From the NCBI GenBank assembly GCA_026026165.1, contig JAPEUD010000017.1:359433-379432 (forward strand): 20,000 nucleotides of DNA, written 5' to 3'. The notes beneath the pieces are model-generated. The model did no database searches. It saw nothing but the letters and a program-made list of their open reading frames with translations, and was not told where the DNA came from. The DNA comes from Sarea resinae (taxonomy: Eukaryota). Made by a program: the position numbers and the translations under genes. Positions 11,201-19,871 of this stretch are shown here, piece after piece (the first letter of the stretch is position 1; every line of letters starts with the position of its first letter).

Positions 11201-12246
11201 TTGTTCCAGAGAAGCTCCGCCACGGACACAAAGATGAGCAAGCAGGTGGTACGGATGATGAGGATGCTGAAGGTGGTGGAGAATGGCTTTCATCAAACAA
11301 CTCAGAAACGGAAGACGAGTCCAATTTAGGTCTTCCTGGGTCCCCCAAGCACGGCAAGGACACCGTCCGGACTGACACATCTGATGAAGAGTTGACGTCG
11401 GATGACGACGATACTGAGGAAGATCTATCATCCAGCGGAGAAGAAACCGCAAAATCTGGCTTGATGATCTCTGCGAAGATACGCCGCCTCCTCTACATAC
11501 TCAAAAAGGAGTGCGCGGAACACAAGTTCATCGTTTTCTCCGAATTTACATCTATGCTGGATCTAATTGAGCCCTTCATGAAGCGAAATGGCATATCATT
11601 CACACGGTATGACGGCGGGATGAAGAACGAACTCCGTGAGGCCAGTCTCGAACGACTTCGAAACGATAAGAAGACTCGCGTTCTCCTTTGCAGTCTCAAG
11701 TGTGGCTCCCTGGGCTTGAACTTGACTGCAGCTACGAGAGTGGTCATCCTCGAGCCATTTTGGAACCCTGTAAGCAAACCCGGTGCTCTCTGAGTATTGC
11801 TTGGTACTAACTTTCTGGCCTAGTTCATCGAAGAGCAAGCCATAGATCGTGTTCACCGCCTCACACAGACCATCGACGTGGTCGTCTACAAGATCACGGT
11901 CAAGGATACTGTCGAAGAGCGTATCCTGCAGTTGCAGGAAAAGAAGAGAGAGCTCGCCAATGCGGCCATTGAAGGAAAGGGTGCAGCCAAACTCAGCATG
12001 AACGATATCATGCATCTGTTCCGACGGGACGCCGAGACGTACGATGATGGCTCGGGCCATGCCTTTGGCACCAAGACGTCGATCCTTGCCGCGCCTTCTA
12101 GCAGCTCAGCGTCCTTGAGCCGCGAGGAACGTGACTCGCAGGGGCGGAGAAAGTCACCATCGGTGATGGAGAGGACTCGAGTCGCGAGTGGTGGGATGAA
12201 ACCGCGCGCTTCTCAAGAGGACTCGGTGTTTGGTCGGCGCTGGTAG
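8291..12246 (+). CDS. SNF2-family ATP-dependent helicase-like protein, Rad5/16-like group (Uls1/Ris1, Rrp1/2-like); join(8291..9859, 9910..11769, 11824..12246)
   Basis: Motifs: [25 protein letters not shown] (Walker A, split by intron 9860..9909), [83 protein letters not shown] (intron 11770..11823). Long disordered N-terminus; the exact start codon is less certain. Confidence 0.92.
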
Positions 12247-12600
12247 ATGCTCCTCGACCAGATGCTAAGTGCTTATGTTCATGGGACGACGAAGGCATGT
12301 GGGCGTTTTAGAAGGTCCCCTGATGGGAGGAATTTGGTCTGGGTTGGCATGGGCATAGCACTCTCTCGGTTCTTCTCCACGAGGGTATCAACAGCTTCTC
12401 AAGTATTGTGGTACGACAGGCATTAATGAAGATTTCATATTCTGGTATCTGGACCTGCCCGGGGAGGTTCCCGTTCCCTTGAAGCTCCGGCTCCTGCTAC
12501 GGAGTTCTCGAAATGTATTCGAAGTACGTACTCGGCAGTACGCCCAATTGCGTAGATGCAGGCATACTATGTACCATGTAGGTCGGTAAGAGTGACGACT

Positions 12601-12610
12601 GTGACGTCAC
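12601..12610. promoter_or_regulatory. CRE palindrome GTGACGTCAC (ATF/CREB bZIP site)
   Basis: Perfect 10-bp palindrome containing TGACGTCA, about 430 nt upstream of the 13041 ATG. Confidence 0.45.
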
Positions 12611-12922
12611 CCATTGCTGCTCACCTTCAGTACTCCAGTAGAGTAGGTATGAGGTATGCAGTGCACCTTCCCCTCGGCCTTCCAATTCCTTCCGGATCCG
12701 CCATCCATCGGCAAGAGTACCCGTTCAATGTCCTGTCACTTCTTCGACGTAAGGTAGCCGACTACAGTACAACTTGGTGCTCTACAGCATACCTCATCTT
12801 TCGGGACTGCTGCTACTGTCACCCACCTATCCTTCCAACTCTTATATCCATTGTCAACGGCACATAGCACCGGACACTTTCCTCAGCTCGAATTGACCCC
12901 TTTCTCAGTCTTCTTCTCACAG

Positions 12923-13002
12923 GTACGGACGAGGAAACCCTGCCAAAGAGCCAAGGCCAAAGACATTGTGATCGCTGACAATCGGGAATCTGACGCTTTC
13001 AG
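12923..13002 (+). other. Probable 5'-UTR intron of the 13041 gene
   Basis: CAG|GTACGG donor at 12923, branch candidates GCTGAC (12974) and TCTGAC (12989), acceptor TTTCAG ending 13002, 38 nt before the ATG; 80 nt long. Confidence 0.6.
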
Positions 13003-13040
13003 ATCTCCATTCCCATATCCCCATCAACCACATCGCCATC

Positions 13041-13607
13041 ATGATCTCCTCAACCTCGAGAAGACTCTTAAGCCAAGCCTCGCGCACCCCCCGCCGCTTC
13101 CTCGCGAGCAGCCAGCCGGCGAACTTGGCACGACCTTTTCACGCATCCTCGCGCTCCTGCCATCCCCGAAAAGACGACCAGGACCGAAACAGCATCAACA
13201 CGGAATCGACCGAGTACAGCAAGACGGGATCGGATGCCGAGTCGGCTCACATGGACGATGCCGCCTACAATCCCAAGAAGACGGATCCGGGCTCGGAGCT
13301 CCACAGTGCGGACAAGGAGAGCGGGGTACGGGAATCTGAATCCAGCGTCGGTTGACCTGCTCTTGCACGCGTCTTCCCCCCCATTGCTGCCACTTTGGGG
13401 CCTCTGTTTCGCACGCTGGATTTGCTGACTCGTGTCTTGCTTTTTGACCTCTAGGCTGAGCCGAACCCCCTCGATGTCAGCCCGGCCAATCCAGAAGTCT
13501 CCAAGCAGAGAGATCCCACTGAAGGCGGGGCAGAGAGTGGAACCGCGAACGAGAGAGGGAGGTCGAGCGGGAGAGGAAGCCCGGCGAAAGGAAAGGATAC
13601 GAAATGA
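13041..13607 (+). CDS. Small hydrophilic fungal protein of unknown function with a mitochondrial-type presequence; join(13041..13325, 13455..13607), 145 aa
   Basis: ATG in context GCCATC-ATG. Acid-free Arg/Ser N-terminus ending RPFHASS, then DQDRNSINTESTEYSKTGSD...DAAYNP...P and, after a phase-0 intron (GTACGG..GCTGAC..TAG), NPLDVSPANPEVSK...EGG. I recall this pattern from conserved Pezizomycotina hypothetical proteins. Confidence 0.82.
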
Positions 13608-14018
13608 GTGAGAGCACATGGCGAGAAGTGAAGGGCCAAGACGCAGAATCAATCCCATGACCTTGCGCTCAATCCAGTCGAAGGATTTATCTAGTAGTGG
13701 TCGTGGCGCGCGTCAGAACGTCCAGATCAGTGGGGTGCGTTCATGCCAGTTCGCCCGGTGGGAAGCGTCCTTGCAAATAGTGCCTTTCAGCAAGTCATGT
13801 ATTTTCTCTTTATTGTAGGCATATGCAGTAAGCAATCGCATAACATTTGAAGAATTCGATTTTAAATCGGTCAAAAATTTCTGTTCGCAGACCGTGACCG
13901 GGTAAGCTTCCCTATTGTTGGTATATGTACTAGAGTCCAAGGCAGCATCAAACGATGACAAGCAACGCTCGTACAAACATGTAAAATACAATCGTGGTTC
14001 CAAATCGTAGACGAGCCT

Positions 14019-14822
14019 TCAGACCTCCTCGTCCACCCACTCGGTCCGTCCTAACCTCACCACATCGGCCTGTCCAACAATCCACGTCTTCCCTTCGGGC
14101 GCTTTGCCTTCCAGACACAAAAGTCCGGCATGCACCGCCGCTTTGGCAATGACATCTGCATCCTGCGCCCACCCGTCCTTCAAGTATGAGCCACTGACGG
14201 CGCCCGCGAATCGCGCCACGAATCGCATAAAGGCTTCGGGGGGCCGACTATCCTCCCGACCGCCGACGATGAGCCCTGGCCGCACCAGGACCGTGTGCTG
14301 GAACCCGAGCTCCTGAACCGCCTCTTCGAGTTCCCCCTTCATCTTGGAGTACGGCACCCGGCTACTCGAAGAGCTGCTCGCGCTCGAGATCAACACGTAC
14401 ACGCGCGCGCCCGCCTTCTTGGCCGCTCTGGCGAGGTCGAGGTTCAGATCATAGTCGACCTTGCGTTGATTCTCGAGGCCGCCGGCAATGGCGCGCGTGG
14501 TGCCGAGGGCGGAGATGAACATGTGAGGCGGGGGGTTGATTTTCGAGAGGGTGGAGATCCATTGGGTCGTGTCGGTGTTGATGACGGGACGGAGTTTGCA
14601 GTACGGGTCCGACTCGGTGAGGGTGCGGCGGGAGAAGACGGGGATCGTGGTTATGCCGGGGTGGTTGAGGAGGGTTTGGAGGATGTTGGAGCCCTGGCGG
14701 TGTTCGCGTCAGTCGAGGTTTCATGATTCTCGAAATCTTCGTCTTCTTTTCAAGAGAGGTAGAGCAGGCTGCCGAGGACTTACAACAAGGCCAGTGCTTC
14801 CGACGAGAGCGGCAGACGTCAT
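14019..14822 (-). CDS. FMP52: Fmp52-like NAD(P)-binding Rossmann-fold protein (HTATIP2/CC3-like atypical SDR); join(complement 14822..14784, 14693..14019), 237 aa
   Basis: Exon 1 MTSAALVGSTGLV joins GSNILQTLL across intron 14783..14694 (GTAAGT..ACTGAC..CAG), giving the GSTGLVG dinucleotide-binding motif. Also FISALGTTRAIAGGLENQRKVDYDLNLDLARAAK, YSKMKGELE, RPGLIVGGREDSRPPE, WAQDADVIAKAAV. Confidence 0.92.
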
Positions 14823-14904
14823 AGTCGTGACTGAGTAATGTGTTGGTGGAATAATGTTCTAGTGATTTCCCATGAATTCTGACGACGATGGCGTCGTCTG
14901 TAGA

Positions 14905-14953
14905 GGTGTGTGTGGATGTGTTTGTGTGTGATGTGTGTGTATGGATGGATGGA
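14905..14953. repeat. Imperfect (GT)n/(GGAT)n microsatellite upstream of FMP52
   Basis: Seen directly: ggtgtgtgtggatgtgtttgtgtgtgatgtgtgtgtatggatggatgga. Confidence 0.85.
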
Positions 14954-15220
14954 GATTGTATGATGATGGTGTTTGAAGGTGTGTGTGAATGGAGTACTAC
15001 ATAAGGTAATGGAGTAATGGAATTCATCAGACGGGGCAATGCGGGCCGCGGAGACGGGCGGGTATTGGCCTCTGGCCCCGTCTAATCTTATCTGATCGCG
15101 GTACATGGTCTCGGCATGGCAGAGGTAGACGAGACGGCGTCGTGGGCGTGTCTCTGCCCACGCAGGACGGTAGAGGTACCTGGCTGCCTGGGCCGTCTCG
15201 TGTCGGGATAGCGTCGAGCA

Positions 15221-15248
15221 CGCCATCCGCCATCCGCCATCCGCCATT
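15221..15248. repeat. Tandem heptamer (CGCCATC)x3 + CGCCATT
   Basis: Seen directly in the FMP52/MET10 divergent intergenic region. Confidence 0.9.
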
Positions 15249-15767
15249 CGCGGCCCCGTGGTTGACTTTTTCGTCGGATCATCACTGATCACCTCTCAAT
15301 AATATGGATGTGATGTCTCTCCTACGGTTTTACTCTACTACGGAGTACTACGCAGTAAGCGTGAGGATTCACATCGACTTCGATAAGACTTGCAGAGCCG
15401 CCGGTAATGGTCATTAGTGGCCACCACACCGTGGAAGCGCTCTACTCTCTAGGACTGGCCGCCTCCTGCTCTTGCCCCGTCTTTACCGTCTTATCCGCAT
15501 GCGCTCTCGCTCTCTCGCTCTAAACCCTGTCTGTAGTGCGAGATTCGCCATCTGCCGCCGAAGTCGCTCTCTTGGTGATCATCAATCCGATCACTTTTTT
15601 CTTTCATTCCCCTTCACTCTCTCTTCCCTTCACCGTGTTCAAGAGGGAAGAAGAAGAAGACCAGATCCGGTGTAGGCATCGGTACCAGTTCTTTGCCCTT
15701 GCGTGGTTGACGTCTTCCCTTTCTATACTCTCTCTCTTCGCGACCCTCCATTGTACCGTCGGTGATC

Positions 15768-18700
15768 ATGCATCTGGAGGCGCCCCTGTCCTCCGGTTCT
15801 GCGGGGACAGAGCCCCTCCATGGTGAAGCTGCAAAGCCGTTGAAGCAATTCAAGGAGCAAGCATCCAGCCTTCCATTCGGACAATCGATCCCGTTATCGT
15901 CCATCAGCGGTCCTACCTACTTGACGGCGCAGACGCTCATCCAGCAGGTCGCCTATCTTCTATCCGACAAGCTCTTCACCTACTCCCCGGAAACCTTTGA
16001 CCTCGATGCGGCCGTCAAGGAATGGTCCGCTCACGAGGCTCCCAATGCCCATGGCGATGTCACCGGGGTCGTGCCCATGCAGACGCGGACTGGAGCGGGC
16101 TCAATTGCCTTGGGATACATCTTCTCCAATGACTTCGATTTGAAGAAGAGATACATTCCACAGGGTGTCATAGCATCTACGTCTAGTCTGCTCCACCTGC
16201 GATCTGCGCTCGATCAATTGTCGCTTCTATACTCTGTCGCGAACCCGTTTGTCGCCCATATTGCCGCCGTAGACTACACTCCAGCTTCGGGCTTGGTGAC
16301 AGACTATGCCTCGGCTTTGACGTTGGCCGAGGAGTTGGGCTTCGGGCTTGTATCCAGCGCCTCCCCATATGAAGCGCAGCACATGTCCTTGTTCTCGACA
16401 TTGCTGGCCAACGTCCTCCCTACTGTACACATCTACGATGGAATCAGTGTTGGACGTGAGACTACGAGGGTAATCGATGTCCTCGGTCAAGCTGGTCTTT
16501 TCAAGACGTACAAGACTATACTCGACCAGATCTCCGGTCCGGCGAAGAAGCAGAAGAATGCGTCAGAACGGGTGCAGGACGTTCTTGAAGCATTCAATGA
16601 CGAGCTTGGAACGCCTTATGGGCTCTTTGAGTATGAGGGCCATGCCTCGGCTGAGTCCATTCTGGTCGTTTTTGGCACCGTAGAGGCGTCGTTGGGAGCT
16701 CAGATTGCATCTTCTCTTGCTAAGAAGGGCATCAAGGTTGGAATCCTGAACGTCAGAGTCTACCGTCCTTTTGTCGAAGAAGAGTTCCTTAAAGCTCTTC
16801 CAGACTCGGTACGGTCGATCACTGTGCTTGGCCAGGTGCATGATCGGCGCGCTGTTTCCGAGAGCGCAGTGCACTCGAGCCTCTACAGCGATGTCTTGGC
16901 TGCCATCACTTTCTCTGCCAAGTGGCCGAGCCCGCCCAAGGTCTTGGATTTCAAATATGCAAGAGAGCAGACTTGGACGCCCAAGTCGCTTACGGCTATT
17001 TTCCAGCAGCTTGTTTCCAAGTCTCTTGCTGCGACCGATGTTGACCTGGATTTGAGCACTGCGGCCGTGCAGCAATTTACGTTCTGGGATGTTGATGATT
17101 CGGCTGCGGTCAATGCTCCTGTTGTCCTAGGACAGCTGCTCTCTAAAGATTCCTCTAACAATGTCACGGTCAAGACAGGCCACGATAATCTCGTTGAGGG
17201 AGGTGTCATCAGGACTGACTTGCGCACTTCAAAGAAAAGCATCGAGGCTCCTTACTCTGTCGAGAAGGCCGATGTAGCTTATGTTGGGGAGGAGAAGTTG
17301 CTAGCTCAGTATGAAGTTGTGGATGGTATCAAAGCAGGGGGTAAGCTGCTTGTCAGACTTCCTGGTCTAAAGGACGATCAGCTGGAGAAGAGGCTGCCCG
17401 TTGGGTTCCGCAAAGTGTTGCGAAACAAAAACGTACAACTCTTTATCTTTGATCCCCAGGCTCTGGAGGCTGTCGCAGAGGATGAATCTCTGGAAACCTA
17501 TCTTGCTCAGGTAGCATTCTTACGCGTTGCACACAGCGATCTCCTCTCCACTGGTCTAGGGAAACTGTCTACGATCAACGGCAGCCAAGACATTCTAGGG
17601 AAGCTTGTCGAGCAGCTCGATAGCGTGCTTGGTCAGGCCGAGGTTCCCGAGTCTTGGGCTACTATCGAGCCAGAGGTTGAAATTCCCTCTCTTCCGGCCG
17701 ACATCACTAGGAACAGTTTCGCGCCTTTCAGCAAAGTTAAAGAGGAGCCGCCAACCTTCTTACGATCCTGGGAGACAGCTGCCCAGGGTCTGGCATTCAA
17801 GGAGGTGTACGGGGCAAAGACAGCACTGCGCCCAGACCTCGCCCACCAAACATTCACGGTCCACGTCAAAGAGAATCGCCGACTCACACCAGAGAGCTAC
17901 GATCGAAACATCTTCCACATCGAGTTCGATCTCGGTGAGTCTGGTTTGAAGTACAACATCGGTGAAGCTTTGGGCATCCACGCTACAAACAACGAGGACG
18001 AGGTCAAGGAATTCATCAAATTCTACAACCTTGATCCGGAAAACATCGTCGAAGTGCCATCGCGCGAAGACCCCGACGTTCTCGAGAACCGCACCATCTA
18101 CCAAGCGCTCATGCAAAACGTCGACATCTTTGGTCGGCCACCCAAGCGGTTCTACGAGGCTCTTGCTGAATTCGCCGACGACCCGAACGAAAAGAAAGAG
18201 CTTCTCGCCCTTGGCGGCCCCGAAGGAGCCACGGAATTCAAACGTCGGGCCGAAGTCGATACGGTCACCTACGCCGATATCCTCCTCGAGTTCCCCTCCG
18301 CCCACCCGTCCTTCCACGACATCGTCCGCATCGTCGCGCCCCTCAAACGCCGCGAATACTCGATTGCATCCTCGCAGCAAGTGAACCCCAAGACCGTCTC
18401 GCTCCTCATCGTCGTTGTCTCCTGGACCGACCCCAAGGGACGCGACCGTTTCGGTCAAGCGACCCGGTTCCTCAACGCGCTCAAGCCGGGTGCACCCGTC
18501 GTCGTGTCCGTCAAGCCGTCGGTCATGAAACTCCCGCCCCAATCGACCCAACCGCTCATCATGGCCGGTCTCGGTACCGGCCTGGCCCCCTTCCGCGCCT
18601 TTGTGCAGTACCGCGCCTGGCAAAAGTCGCAAGGCATCCCGATCGGCGCAGTCCTGCTGTACATGGGCTCGCGCCACCAGCGCGAAGAATACCTCTTCGG

Positions 18701-19016
18701 CGAGGAGTGGGAAGCGTACCAAGACGCGGGCGTCATCACCCTGCTGGGCCGCGCCTTCTCGCGCGACCAGGCCCAGAAGATCTACATCCAGGACCGCATG
18801 CGCGAGAGCCTCGGCGACATCGTCCAGGCCTACATCAAGGAGCAGGGCGCCTTTTACCTGTGCGGGCCCACGTGGCCCGTGCCCGACGTCACGGCCGTGC
18901 TCGAGGAGGCCATCAAGCAGGATGCCAAGAGCACGGCCGGGGCGAAGAAGGTCGACGCCCGGAAGGAGATTGAGCGCTTGAAGGAGGAGGAGCGCTATGT
19001 GTTGGAGGTCTATTAG
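15768..19016 (+). CDS. MET10: Assimilatory sulfite reductase [NADPH] flavoprotein (alpha) subunit, single exon, 1082 aa
   Basis: N-terminal pyruvate:ferredoxin oxidoreductase-like region (FEYEGHASAESILVVFGTVE, VRVYRPF). FAD-binding region ENRRLTPESYDRNIFHIEFDLG, YNIGEALGIH, PLKRREYSIASS. NAD(P)H-binding region IMAGLGTGLAPFRAF, AFSRDQAQKIYIQD, FYLCGPTWPVPDV. Terminal RYVLEVY. Confidence 0.97.
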   Translation: MHLEAPLSSGSAGTEPLHGEAAKPLKQFKEQASSLPFGQSIPLSSISGPTYLTAQTLIQQVAYLLSDKLFTYSPETFDLDAAVKEWSAHEAPNAHGDVTGVVPMQTRTGAGSIALGYIFSNDFDLKKRYIPQGVIASTSSLLHLRSALDQLSLLYSVANPFVAHIAAVDYTPASGLVTDYASALTLAEELGFGLVSSASPYEAQHMSLFSTLLANVLPTVHIYDGISVGRETTRVIDVLGQAGLFKTYKTILDQISGPAKKQKNASERVQDVLEAFNDELGTPYGLFEYEGHASAESILVVFGTVEASLGAQIASSLAKKGIKVGILNVRVYRPFVEEEFLKALPDSVRSITVLGQVHDRRAVSESAVHSSLYSDVLAAITFSAKWPSPPKVLDFKYAREQTWTPKSLTAIFQQLVSKSLAATDVDLDLSTAAVQQFTFWDVDDSAAVNAPVVLGQLLSKDSSNNVTVKTGHDNLVEGGVIRTDLRTSKKSIEAPYSVEKADVAYVGEEKLLAQYEVVDGIKAGGKLLVRLPGLKDDQLEKRLPVGFRKVLRNKNVQLFIFDPQALEAVAEDESLETYLAQVAFLRVAHSDLLSTGLGKLSTINGSQDILGKLVEQLDSVLGQAEVPESWATIEPEVEIPSLPADITRNSFAPFSKVKEEPPTFLRSWETAAQGLAFKEVYGAKTALRPDLAHQTFTVHVKENRRLTPESYDRNIFHIEFDLGESGLKYNIGEALGIHATNNEDEVKEFIKFYNLDPENIVEVPSREDPDVLENRTIYQALMQNVDIFGRPPKRFYEALAEFADDPNEKKELLALGGPEGATEFKRRAEVDTVTYADILLEFPSAHPSFHDIVRIVAPLKRREYSIASSQQVNPKTVSLLIVVVSWTDPKGRDRFGQATRFLNALKPGAPVVVSVKPSVMKLPPQSTQPLIMAGLGTGLAPFRAFVQYRAWQKSQGIPIGAVLLYMGSRHQREEYLFGEEWEAYQDAGVITLLGRAFSRDQAQKIYIQDRMRESLGDIVQAYIKEQGAFYLCGPTWPVPDVTAVLEEAIKQDAKSTAGAKKVDARKEIERLKEEERYVLEVY

Positions 19017-19075
19017 AAAGAAAGTTGGAAGCGGAGCTCGCGTGTCATTGCATATCCGTGTCGGATCCGTCGTAT

Positions 19076-19140
19076 CTGTCCGTCCGTCCGTCTGTCTTTT
19101 TCATCTCTCTATCTATCTACCTATCTATCTATCTACCTGT
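19076..19140. repeat. Compound (GTCC)n / (TCTA)n microsatellite just downstream of MET10
   Basis: ctgtccgtccgtccgtctgtc ... tctatctatctacctatctatctatctacct. Confidence 0.85.
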
Positions 19141-19318
19141 CTGGCTAGCCACCTAGCTGGCCATCTGGCTCGCTCGTACAAACTATCTCGTCACCTCCCC
19201 CCTCCCTTTCAAATCCGCATTAAGCATATAGATAGATAGGACCTGAGAACACGGACCAGGCAAAGTTTCACCAAACAGATGGCCCCTCCCAACATTTCTT
19301 TCTTTCTTCGTTGACTTG

Positions 19319-19342
19319 AATCCAATCCAACCCAATCCAATC
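19319..19342. repeat. Imperfect (AATCC)n pentamer repeat
   Basis: aatccaatccaacccaatccaatc. Confidence 0.75.
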
Positions 19343-19575
19343 ATGGGATAGATAGATATCTAGAATCTATCAAACGATGTCAGCCCAATGGCGAGAATCT
19401 TTCTTAGTCATGAATGAATGCCAACCTGCTATTGCCACCAACCGCTATTTTCAACTGCTATTGCCAAATGCTAGAAAAAACGCTCGATTGGATGGGACCT
19501 TGGGGTATTCGGGTATTTGGGTTATTTCGGTACTGCCCCCTTTTCTTATTGAATGAATGGAACGTGAGAGAAAGA

Positions 19576-19625
19576 GAGATGAGATGAGATGAAATGAGAC
19601 GAGATGAAATGAGATGAAATGAAAT
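19576..19625. repeat. (GARAT)x10 pentamer microsatellite
   Basis: Ten consecutive GAGAT/GAAAT units, one of them GAGAC. Confidence 0.9.
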
Positions 19626-19871
19626 GTCTCGGAGAGAGAGATGGTCGTCAAGAGTCTTCATCCTCCTCAATTATCCTTGATCCAGCAGGATCCATAAACA
19701 CGGAAAAAGAAGTTGGCCAACAATCAGTTAACGGACGGCTCGATCCCCCACCGAGGGAAACGCACAGAATCAAATCCAGGTCAGGAAATCTACCGAGCGA
19801 GTGAGCAGAAGAGGGTGGTGGGTGGTACAAAATAATATCATCGAGAATTTGTCCATCTATGGAGAAGAGGT

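Noticed and set aside
14449..15292. 196-aa and 157-aa minus-strand ORFs upstream of and overlapping FMP52
   Set aside because: His/Thr runs and MADGGWR repeats are translations of the microsatellite and the CGCCATC repeat; FMP52 has its own clean two-exon model.
15499..15675. ATG-initiated ORF upstream of MET10 (possible uORF)
   Set aside because: Its ATG lies upstream of the CT-rich tract (about 15595-15630) near which fungal transcription usually starts, so it is probably outside the mRNA; cannot be supported without TSS data.
15768..17800. PFOR-like N-terminal domains and lack of a flavodoxin domain in the sulfite reductase subunit
   Set aside because: Standard architecture of fungal Met10 (the flavodoxin is on Met5); not a novel fusion.
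17760..18722. 320-aa antisense ORF and other alternative-frame ORFs inside MET10
   Set aside because: Expected shadow of strong C/G-ending codon bias; no recognisable motifs.
19426..19466. 12-bp direct repeat CTGCTATTGCCA x2
   Set aside because: Only two copies in a slippage-prone region; not CRISPR-like and does not flank an element.
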